64,000 nucleotides of DNA from Ancylonema sp. (taxonomy: Eukaryota): assembly GCA_050230475.1 (NCBI GenBank), contig JBFLGF010000042.1, forward strand, positions 1 through 64,000, read 5' to 3'. Both the position numbers and the translations under genes were made by a program. The notes beneath the pieces were generated by a model. The model was given only the letters and a program-made list of their open reading frames with translations. It had not been told where the DNA came from and ran no database searches. Every line of letters begins with the position of its first letter. The stretch's first letter is position 1. Below are positions 53,659 to 64,000 of this stretch, piece after piece.

Positions 53659-54143
53659 GGGGGACGGAGTTGATTGGTTATTCTCTAATTATGTGCGTTG
53701 ATTGGTTTAGTTACCCATGTAGTGGAAGGCGTAGATGTTGACCTCCTGGGCTATAATCTACGGAGAATTGATGATCTGTATGAGGGGGGTGGGTCGTAGG
53801 GATCATGAAATAGGATGAAATGGATGATCCTCGACTTAATTATAGGCTGAATGTGGGCTTCACATACGTGTGGATGGCCCAAAAACAGGTTGTGTTGTAG
53901 CGCAGGTTCTAGGTACGTGCCATAGCCACATTGCGTAGTTGTAGTGATTAAGTTATTTTTAACGCCATTGGCAGTGCTCGTTTCCATGATGTGTTGAACT
54001 CGAGACTTCAGTTCATGTACTCCACGCGATCGTCTCCGATTGCGAGGTGCCAACCATTGTTGGGCGGACCGGCAATGGAGGTCCCGATCCCAGTTTGGGC
54101 CAAATTCTTGACCTGGGGTAGTAGGACATCTTCAATTCTGAAC

Positions 54144-54384
54144 CATAGTTGCGCCCCAGACCGTCCGGACATCTCCGGAAGCGTCCTGGACCCGGACGCC
54201 ACAACCAAAATCTGATATCCATATCTTTGGAACCCCCATATTTATGTAACTTCCGAATGAAAACCTTTTTTTCTTTTTTTTGCGTCTTAGTTGCGTGCCG
54301 GGTTGTCCGGGGATCTCCAGACGCGTCCGGGGCCGGACGAGTCCCGGACGTGTCCGAGATCCTCGTGTCCGGGACGCAACTATG
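54144..54384 (+). mobile_element. hAT-type MITE
   Basis: TIR CATAGTTGCG / CGCAACTATG; 8-bp TSD TTCTGAAC / TTCGGAAC (7/8). Confidence 0.9.
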
Positions 54385-55002
54385 TTCGGAACTCGGGTGT
54401 TTTAAGAAATTCCTCAAAAGTACAAATTCCTAAATAAATTTAAAAAATAAATAATAATAATAATAATAAATTAACAAAACTTCATATTCTCACCATGATT
54501 TGTATTTCCCCGCATAAAATGCCGGGCAAAATCAAAGGCCAGGATGGGTCGCGGTTGGACCGGGTCCCGATTCCGGATCCAAACGGACCAGTATTCGAGT
54601 TTACATTATTGTGCCTCAATGCCGTGCATACTCAAGAGGCACCTCCACACAAAAGCGCCTATACGTTTTGCAACCACCATAAAATGAAATGCTTAATCGT
54701 TTTTCATATTTCTCACTAAGACTCAATGCGAGAAGATTCTTGAGTGTGCTTGTGTTATTGTTTTATGGTCGTGTCATACCATCACAACCATCATGCCGCG
54801 TTTCGTCATTGTCAGCCAATGTCCGCAAGGGTTGCGGCGGAACACAACAAAACAATTGGCGTTGCGATGAGTTGTATTGTTAATCCGATAACATTATGAG
54901 GCACTGTTGTAGGGTATATTGAGAGAGATTTCAAGTATCGTATCCTCCGCATGTTTTGGGATCCTTTCTCATGAGCCTAGGATCAACATGCTAGACATTG
55001 TC

Positions 55003-55684
55003 TGTTAGTTTTTAGGGGCTGTGAACTTTTGTTGTTATATCGATTTTAGGCAATCTCATAAGTTAATTTTTAGCTTTGTCGTTTAGTCGATGCCGGCCGA
55101 ATTACTTGTCGACATGATTTTTGAAAACCTCAAATTTCATCGTCTTGCATCTGACTTTGGGCTGTATATTCTGGGAGAAGGGGAAGATGCTCTGTACCTG
55201 GCGCTGTATGTCGACGACGTCTTTCTTTTGTGTAATCTGGTGGATAAAAATTTTGTGGTAAAAAGAGGGTTGAATGCCATGTACAACATGAAGGATCTTA
55301 GGGAGGCGAAATTAATGTTGGGGATAGAGATTAGAAGGCAACCAGATGGCAATGTGTTCTTGTGCCATAAAAGGTTTGGCAAAGAGCTGCTTAGCAAGTT
55401 TGGCATGGAAGAATGCAACTCAGCAGCCACCCCTCTGGAAGTAGGAGTGAAGTTTTCTGCAAATCTGGGAGATGTTGATGAGGCTGCAGGCTTAGAGGGT
55501 GTGGGATATGAGTCAGCCATGGGGAGTTTGCTCTACCTAACCTCAGGAACACGTCCAGATTTGGCAGTTGCTGTCAATTCTCTTTGTCAATATAGTGGGC
55601 AACACAGGGAGGGGGTCAAACGTGTGCTAAGGTACTTAAAGGGGACAGTGAGTCTGGGGTTGATGTATCAGCAGGGAGCTGAGC
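55003..55684 (+). mobile_element. Truncated Copia: LTR start joined to the C-terminal half of reverse transcriptase
   Basis: LTR start TGTTAGTTTTTAGGGG, then LYLALYVDDVFL, MKDLREAKLMLGIEI, TRPDLAVAV, KRVLRYLKGT. Confidence 0.9.
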
Positions 55685-55948
55685 TGACGTGCCAGATGAG
55701 ATCGGTAGGGTAATTGGGCCATCGATGATGGAATCAGTCGATGAAGGGGTAATCGCACTCAAAGTATCGACAGAAAGGGGTCTTGTCGATGTAGTGGAGG
55801 TGCAGATATGAGGCTGGAATATCGTAACTCCCCCCCCCCAGGTTGAAGAGCTATGCGTTCACATCTGGGTAATCAACATAAAAGGGTAAAGTGATGAGAA
55901 TCACAGTCACAAATTGTAGCATGTAATGATGTAGCACAAGGGTTGTTC

Positions 55949-57565
55949 TCAGAAGCTAAAAAATGACAAGTTGTCGATATTGTTGAATGTGTAGTTAAGT
56001 ATCGAAATGAAATTGTTAAGTACTGTCCAATTTGTTTTAATTTGCGGAAAATGGAAATGGTAACGAATATCGGAAATTGTTGAAGAATCTTTGGTGGTAA
56101 GTTTATGATGTATGGAACCCCTCCCAAATGTAGAAGGTAAGTACCGTCGTGGTGTGTGAACTGTAGCCAGGAGTCCTGCCAGAAACTTGACCACGTTCTC
56201 GTCCATCATGCGGCCAATGACAATATGCAGTTGCTTCTTATTGGTGGAGTGTGCAGCTGAGTCTCCGGGAATGATGCCCGTGCAGCGTTCTTTGCACCAT
56301 GTGGAAGGGATGTCCCAACGTCCTGCTGGGCTTTTCACCATGCCTGCACCAGCGTTAGGGTGGACGTACTTGTAGTCTGGATTGTCGGAAAAGGGGGAGA
56401 ATGGCGGTAACGCTTTGTGTTCTTCATGACGCACGTTGTCTGCCGATTTGAAGGTGTCGGTTTTGTACACAGTCTGCGGCTCATACCCTGTGTCAAGGAC
56501 GTCGCGTAGGTCACGAACTTCTGAAGTGGTAGGTAAGGCATTTTGCAGATCGGACGGGGATATCCAATTTGTCCACACATGGATGGGTCCATGTACGTTG
56601 GAGCCGAAGTTTGTACCGTCGATGATGACTAAGTGTCCCAAGAAAGCATGCACCAAAGGAATCATCTCCTTCACCCATTCTGGTGTGTCTGCGGTAATGG
56701 CCTTAGTCCAAAAGATGTAGAGGGGATGGTAGTTCTGGATGGTGTAAAGTTTTTGGGTCATGTGAACCAAGGTAATGAACGGGATGACTCGATGATCGTA
56801 GAGGCCGCGTAGCTTGCCATAGGTCCTTGTCATTTCTTGGTTCTAGTTGGCGACCACTAAATCGACACCTCCTCGATCTTGGTAAAGTTTATGCAGCATG
56901 TCCAGCTTGTGATTCTGGACCTGGAAAGGGAGTTGGTTGTCGTAGCCTTGGATGGCGCTGTCAGCAATCTGGTAATGATGACGAAGGGGTAGTTTGGTAA
57001 TGACCGCACGGGAGGTGATTCTGCAAAGATCATCGTCTTCGCTGGAGGTGAGCCATCGCAGATTTTTGTCTGCGTAAAGAGCGATCTTCGTGCCAGGATG
57101 GTCGGGTCCGCTGCAGGGCTCGTGGATGTGTAGTCCCCTTTCCGAGTGGTTCTCCCGAAAACGTCGTAAGGTTTTTTGCATTGGTACGGCTCCCAGGATG
57201 TTGATGCCGTTCCATCGTGGTACTGGTTGCGGATGGGTAATTAAGGTACGGGGAACTCGTCGAGCTCTGTCAATGTTGTTTTCCCCGAAGATGCGGATCT
57301 GTTGGTTGAGGTGTCGGCGAGAGGCTGGTGCCATAAGTTGTTGTCGTACTACAACGGAAGCGATTATTTTGGCGTCTGTAGATGGAGGGATTTCGCCGAC
57401 ACTCATCATGTGGCGGATTGTAGTCTGCTCCACAGGCCATGAAGCTCTGATGTATGTTTCTCTGCTGATGCCTCTCAATGTGGCCTTGGACCTGGCAGCG
57501 TCGTTCATATCGCGCGAATCATAGAGGTGCAGGAAGTGTTGGAGTCCCAGGGGTTTCTTTGACAT
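55949..57565 (-). pseudogene. Cytosine-5 DNA methyltransferase-like domain (retrotransposon-borne type), one in-frame stop at 56843
   Basis: Ordered motif-like segments LHIHEPCSG (I), VDLVVAN*NQEMTRTYGKLRGL (IV), PLYIFWTKA (VI), IIDGTNFGSNVHGPIHVWTNW (VII/VIII), WDIPSTWCKERCTG (IX), IVIGRMMDEN (X). Pattern recognised by eye. Confidence 0.75.
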
Positions 57566-58258
57566 GTCTATGTAGCGGTCGATTGCCTCTTAGTCCCGGG
57601 TGTACTCGTTGACTTCTGTAATGGTAAGTGCAAATTTGTGGTTCTATATGTAATCTCTGGGAATGTAGCTTGCGTGTAAGAGTAGATGTTTACCTCTGTT
57701 TGTAGGCACCGGTGGGTAATAAAGTCGATTGCGGGTGTTGCGAGTTGGAGGTGATGGGGTGCGGGAGTGACGACGTGAATTGGATGGAGCAGCTTCATCG
57801 ATGGGGTTGAGCTGGATGTTGTCGACACCTCGCCTCGCTCTTTCTTGTAGGTAAATTTCGTCCCGCTGTGCCGTGGTAAGCAGATTGAGGTTGACTCCAT
57901 GAGGTCGATTTCTGGTAATTTTTGGGGAAGGCACAGGAAGCAACTGTTCAGGAGATTGAAACATGGGAGAGTCGATCATGGGTGATACTACAGCATAAGG
58001 GATTGCTGCATACTCAGGAGATGGCGTGGCTTCTCGGGCGGGTTGGGTACAAGCGTAGATTTACTTTTAAGTTTCCGTGGTAAGACGAATGGGTCAGGTC
58101 GACGCTGTCGACACTCCTCGATAAATGCGTCATAAAATGATGATGTCCAATCTTCCATGTTGCTGATAGTGTTCAGCACTTGAGCCAAGTCTTCTTCCGG
58201 AACCATAGTGGACATTGCTAGTTCTGCTGCCTCTTTGGTTGATGGCTGTCGGGGTGTG

Positions 58259-60743
58259 TTAGGGTTGTAGGAAGTCGGTAATGTAGGATTTTGTGCCATC
58301 GTGGGCGTCTTTGGTAAAATGGATGCTTGTTGTTGCTCTTCGGGTTCTGATTCTGTGTCCGCCGCTGCTAATTCTATAGCTGCTAGATCCGCTGCTACTG
58401 GCGGAAAGTGTTGGTGCAGCGGAAAGTGTTGTCTGTGTCATTGGTAAAGTATTGCACAGAGTATAAGTCTGATGAGTCGTATCGTGTGGGAAATTATTTT
58501 CGGAACAGCTAATATTCGGATTGTCAGGTAAAACATCGAACATGGAATAAACAGTGATAATATTGTTGTATGGTAATTCCTTGTCCTGTGGAATCGTATC
58601 GTAAAGTTGATATGATGTCTCATGCAGGCATGTGTCTTCATTTTCAACTTCCCATGGTTTGGCTAACATTCCAATATCTGAATATCGTGGTGTTTCGTAT
58701 GATCGAGGATAGTTCGAGAAAGATGTAGCTGCTTTCGTTGAGTCGTCCATGATTGCATATTGTGGTGACGGGTAAAGTACCTTGTCATTGTCATCAGTTT
58801 TGTCCATATTATCACGTTGCATAGCTTCCAACTCGATGAGTCGCTTGTCGTCTGGCGTTGCATGGCTTCCAACTCGATGAGTCGCGTGTCGTCTAGTCCG
58901 AGGATTGTGTACGACCCATAAGGTATTGTCGAATCGTCGTGGTCCTCGACCGGTTTTCGCCACTCCAACGGTTTAATTTATTGACCTGCGGGTAACGATA
59001 ATGTTGACGATGGTGCGTGTAAATTAATAGGTGCACCGTTACGTAACTGGTTACACTGTTGTATCGTGTGTCCCACAGCATTGCAATGAGCGCATCGGGC
59101 TCCTAGTGTATAATCCTTGGGTCCATATTGTCGTGTCTGACTAGAATTTATCGATTTCGGTTGTCCGTAAAATTTTCCTTTGTAATTTCCTTGAGGTTGT
59201 TGACCGATAGTTTGTTGATTCGAAGGTCGGTAAGGTTGCGTATGTCCGGTAGGTGTTGCAAATTTCATTGGTAAAATGAAGTCTTTCTTGTAGTGGCCGA
59301 CTTGGTTGCAGGTGTAACATGTTGGAGGTTGTCGTTCGCCATTAGTATTTTGTCGATCTGTAGGTCTTTCGTTTTGTCGTTTTGTCGTTTTGTTGTCTGT
59401 ACGTTGGAGTACTTGGTGTATAAGCCTTTCGGTCAAAAAATGTCGATTTCGGTATATAAGCGTCGGATGAATTTCTCGTTCCACCCGCAGCTCTCATGTC
59501 AGCTTTTTGTTTTGCCATGTATAATTCGCTTTCATTGGCTTCTGTCATGATCTCTTTCCTTGTTAATGGTGCTTCTCGTGGATTTGCAAAGAACCGTTGT
59601 TTGTTGGTGTCAAAATACCATTTCTTAATATGATATTGGATCGGTAAAGGAATCACTTATAGTAAACGAAGCGCAAGTTGTTTGGAAGTCATTGCATTAG
59701 ATCCTTCAATCACTGAAGCTGCATCATTAAATTTTGCGTAAATTGATGAGACTGTATCCGTCGGTGAACAAACCATATTGTCCACTTCAATCAAATATTC
59801 TGCATATGAGGTACGGAATCTTGTTTCAATTGCATCGATGAATGCTTGTAATTCATGTGATTCTGGTTGACTTGGTGGCTGTGGTTCAGTCATACCATCG
59901 CCTCTTCCATGAAATCTGTGGTAAAATTTGTCGATAGAGTAATCACGCCACATTTCGCGTAAATATCTTGTGTTGGCGTCTCCTTCGTGGTCGGTCATAA
60001 AACTTTACCATTCTCGTTGAGCTTCTCCTTTACAATAAGCCCCTAGATTTCGAACTAAATCCATCTCTGCATAGCCAGTACATTTTTCCCGTTTAAGGAT
60101 TTCGTAATGACTTAGTACTGAGTTAATAAATTCGTCTTGAGTAGTGCCCAATGCTCCGTGATACGGTGTGATTGGCGGTAAGGATGCCATATTATCTCCC
60201 CAATTTATACTCTTTCTTTCATAAGTTGGTACTGCTTGCGGTGGTGTTGGCGGAGGTTGTGACGGTTGAGTAGTTGATGGTGGAGTCGGTGGTTGGATTG
60301 GTGTAGGTACTTCTCTGTTCGAAGTCAAGTCTAGACTTTTAGGATTATATGAACTCGTGTCTGAGGATAGGCTAGTTTCCCTAGTAATAGGTGCTGATCC
60401 AAATAATCTTCTAGATGGATAGTTATTGTGTCGAAAATCAGGAGAATCAAATACATTCAGTGGTGTACTGTTTTGATTTCTTTGTACCGGAACTGTAGTG
60501 TCTGGGGTTGATTTTTCTGTTGGTAATTCACTTTGTGTTTTTCCAGATTGAACTTCTATAGTAATTAGGTTGAGAAAACTGGCTGGTTAACCGTATACTA
60601 TCCTTTTCAGAATCACTGTTGTCAAACAAAAAGTTTGGTAAAGTAAACGTTCCAGGAGGGATGTCTACTGCTAGTCCCGTTTGTTGTAAATCCTCCAGAT
60701 TGGCAATTTCCGTTAGTCTTCCGTTAATACGTTTCCACGGCAT
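58259..60743 (-). pseudogene. Decayed Gag-like ORF with two zinc knuckles
   Basis: Pro-rich linker, capsid-like helical region (GEAQREW; AFIDAIETRF), CYTCNQVGHYKKD and CAHCNAVGHTIQQC; several stops and frameshifts. Confidence 0.8.
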
Positions 60744-62309
60744 AAACTTTGAGAATTCACGGTGTATATGTTACTTAAATGCAATTGTGATAAATCTTGT
60801 ATAATAATGGTTGTGCACGGTTTTTTTTTTAAACGTGTATATCTGGTTAAGTAATGGTTGTCAATACTTCTCAGGCGTGCAATTGTTCCGGGTGAGCAAT
60901 TCTCAGTGCGTTCAGCAGCAAAAGAATGTCGATGGAAGCAACTTGTAGTGGTAGAGACAGTAAATAACAATAAAGACTTGATAATATACTGTCAATCTGT
61001 ATAAAATTTCACGGTATTTGAGAGTAAATCTTGAGTACGGTATCAGTCCAGAAAATTACATACGGTGTCAATATTCTGAATTTGAGAGTAATGGTACGAG
61101 ACAATAATATATTGGTAGAGCTGTTTGTAAACGAGTGGCAAATACTGTGATGTCGAATGAATTGAGCTCGGTCGAGTAAATTCGAATCGGTTCTGGCAGG
61201 ACGTGAGGTCGCAAGGTAAAATATATGTGGGGGGTATCGGTAATTTTTATTCTCGTATTTGTAAAAAAAAGTCACAGAAAACAGAATGAACTTGCAAAAA
61301 AATGACCCTCCCTTACTGGCGCGACAGGCTGGGTACTGCGTGATCCAGGTTGGGGACTAACTCTATGAAGTATATTCGTGGTTCTCTTAGTCACAAAGCG
61401 ATAAGTCCTGTAACAACCGGTAACGAATGGTAGCCAAAGCAAAGATTGCAAGAATCCTGATCACATAGATGCTAGGAATTTCACAATTTCACGAAATAAC
61501 TTTCACAATGATGATTCAACACGCAAATTTCACAGCAGTTTCACATAATTTCACAGAGAAACCACGCAAATCGTACAAATATCAAGTCCAGCCACTCCTG
61601 GATGCACAGATATGATTCTATACCAACTCAAAGAGGTAGATTTCACGTACCTTTCTTGAACCGAAATCCGTCGAAGTCACGTAGTTGGTGGTCAGAGACC
61701 CTTGGTGGACGAGGATAATTCACAAATTGCAAAACGACAGCTTGATGCAAAGTAATCGCAAACGAGAGAACGCTCGATACACACGATGTTTGCGAAAGCA
61801 AAAGATCATAGATTACGCCAGGCAAAGAATTCAGAGTGTCGAGGAAAACAATGGTGTGCAAGGAAAATCTCTTCAACGTCAAATTCAGCGAAAGCTGAGA
61901 TTTGAAAGTTGTACCAAAGTATTTATTGTAAAACTCGAATATTCTACTCGCGCGCTCGCTGGGATGCGCGTGGCAAGAAATATCTAAATTAACTCGGCGC
62001 GCACGCTATAATTGGCTGAAGACATCTCTAATTGATTCTGAGTTGTTGATCTAAAGGGCTACGGTCACGATTGCTATTGTTGACAAGTCTGACACGTAGT
62101 CTACTCAATTCAAATACAAAGGGGAGCTAGTCAAAGATTGACTGCTCGAAACTTTAATAAAAGGGCGCCGGTCACCGACGAAGCTCGGAATGAAATGAGC
62201 GGGGGCGGAGTCGTGACAAGGCGGAAAAACATAGCGGTGCGGCATTTTAATATTCTGATAGCTGGCGATTTATACACGCATGACAGTACAGGCATATACG
62301 GGCATGACA

Positions 62310-62466
62310 GAGCTGCCAGTTGTGGGTTATTCTGACGCTAGCCATGGTGATGATGTCGACACGAGAAAGGGGCGGGCGGGGTATGTGTTTATGAGTGCTG
62401 GGGTTGAAGTCAGTTGGAAGAGCAGTCTTCTCGAGACAATTACCCACTCTAGTTGTGAGAGTGAGT
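62310..62466 (+). mobile_element. Continuation of the interrupted Copia: RNase H N-terminus
   Basis: VVGYSDASHGDDVDTRKGRAGYVF..VSWKSS..THSSCESE, the canonical Copia RNase H start. Confidence 0.9.
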
Positions 62467-64000
62467 TGTTGGTTTTTGAGGGTCTGTGAACTTTTGTCTT
62501 TAATATCGATTTTAGGGCTTAAGTTTAGATTTGCCGATTTTGTAGTTTTGCCCGTCGATACGATTACTTTGGGCCACGTGGAAGTGTGTCGATAATATTA
62601 GGTGACTTGGCATAATACTTGAATACGTTTGGTGTTGACTTGTCAGTTCGATCAGTAGAGATCTTTGACTGGGAGGGGGCACGGATCACACTCGATTGTA
62701 CTTAGTCTGAGCTTCCATACAGGATTATGCAATCAATCAATCTAATTCAAACTTGCACTTTCGCTGTGAATGTTTGTTTCATGTGTGTGAAGACTATTAC
62801 TTCTTGCATCGATGGCAGAAGATAGCAACAACATTGGTATCAGAGCAAGGTACTGCATTTTAGATGGAGATAAAGTTTATTTCCAAGCTTGGCGATCTAA
62901 GGCATCTGCAACACTCGATGACAGAGACTGTCTTGAGATATGCAAAGGATTAGAAACAGATCCAGAGGAAGTTTATCCAGCATACGATGATGGGCACTGG
63001 ATCACAAATCTGGATGAGATGGATCAATATATAGAAGATATTATAAGTTTCCGAAAGCGATCGAAGAAAGCTATGATGCTACTTATGGGACTTGTGAGTG
63101 AGGACATAGATACAACTCTTGAGTAATATGAGAGAATACCAGCAGTCATGTGGAAGTACCTGAAAGAGGAGTTCGACAAAGTGACACCGAAGCTGAAGCA
63201 GCTCTCTAAGCAGCGGCTAAATTCGTCCAAAGTAAATGAGAAGCTTCCAGCTCGAGACATCAAGAGTGACTTTTTGTCCATCATCAGAGCCTGCGCACAT
63301 CAAAAATATAAAGTCAGCGAGGAGGATCAAGTGATGGCGCTGTTCGCAGGGATATCGAGAACAAAGTATGGAGTGCTTAAAAAGCTGTACTTCGGTCAAG
63401 CAAAGGCTCCTGGAATCAGCTGGGTTTGGGCACAGATGGGTGTCGATGAACTTGATGATCAAAAAGAGAAAGGTGAAAGACAAGCTGAAGCACTTGTTGC
63501 AAAATAAAACTATGCAATATGGAGTGCACAACAAAAAAAATCAAATCGAAGGCGAAGTGGTGGTGGTAATCGAGGAGGTGGTGGCAGAGGTGCTGGCAGA
63601 GGTGACTGTGGGGGATATCGAGGAGGCAAAAGTGATCGAGGAGGTGGTGCTGACAGAGGAGCAGGTGGTGGCCATGTGTGTTATACTTGTGGAAGGACGG
63701 GTCATTTTAGTAGAGACTGTCCAAGGTAAGATGAGAGTTGTGACTATTGTGGCGCAACAGGGCATATTGAATTTACCGGTTTCGAAAAATATAACATGGC
63801 TCCTCGGATGCTGAGAAAAGGCCAGGAGACGGGAATAAAATATGCACACGTGAAGGAAATCGATGAAGGTGGAGATCAGGGTCATGGAGAAATTGTGGTT
63901 GGGGAAATCTGGGACTGGTCGGTGGATGTGATGAGGAACGAGGCTTTCTTTGGGATGATGGATCCAGTCACCACTCAAGTGGACAAAGAGCATACTTCAA
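62467..64000 (+). mobile_element. Copia LTR retrotransposon 5' part: LTR (62467-62833), PBS, decayed gag-protease; runs off the window
   Basis: TG...CA LTR; PBS TGGTATCAGAGC (62835-62846); Gag FQAWRSK..MWKYLKEEF, RGG tract, [14 protein letters not shown]; protease-like LWDDGSSHH; in-frame stops. Confidence 0.9.
62835..62846 (+). promoter_or_regulatory. Primer binding site for initiator tRNA-Met
   Basis: TGGTATCAGAGC one base after the LTR-terminal CA. Confidence 0.9.

Larger units (their letters stand above)
55685..62309 (-). mobile_element. Non-autonomous LTR-type (Gypsy-like) retroelement encoding Gag and a C5 DNA-methyltransferase-like domain
   Basis: TG...CA ends (TGTCATGCC / GGCACGTCA), 4-bp TSD GAGC, and polypurine tract G10AG at 55839-55828. 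Removing it restores the Copia frame QGAE|LPVVGYSDA. Confidence 0.9.

Noticed and set aside
63368..63993. Val/Glu-rich and Thr/Ser-rich ORFs
   Set aside because: Off-frame and antisense readings of the RGG-rich Copia gag region.

Overview
Eukaryotic, intron-rich nuclear DNA. The genes are land-plant-like and the introns are short, G-run and microsatellite rich, which suggests a streptophyte green alga (inference, not determinable from this window alone). Nine protein-coding genes are supported: ABC1K5-like kinase (5' partial), ISD11/LYRM4, SART3/Prp24, NUP35, a LEA_2/NHL-like gene, a conserved plant Cys-rich protein of unknown function, INO80D/KANSL2-like, F-box/kelch, and a plant-type tyrosylprotein sulfotransferase (TPST). 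They are separated by transposon-dense blocks: hAT-type MITEs with 8-bp TSDs, TA-flanked Tc1/mariner-type MITEs, and solo LTRs. The most unusual object is a 6.6-kb minus-strand LTR-type element (55685-62309, 4-bp TSD GAGC) that splits a Copia RT-RNaseH exactly in frame. It encodes Gag plus a cytosine-5 DNA-methyltransferase-like domain whose catalytic motifs are replaced, and it has no recognisable RT or integrase. Its two ends do not match each other but correspond to the two ends of a 1-kb relative at 12549-13596. Also notable are a Copia whose Gag ATG lies inside the LTR and reads through the tRNA-Met PBS, and an inverted duplication (hairpin) of a coding fragment. All exon boundaries and homology calls were made by eye, without database searches.
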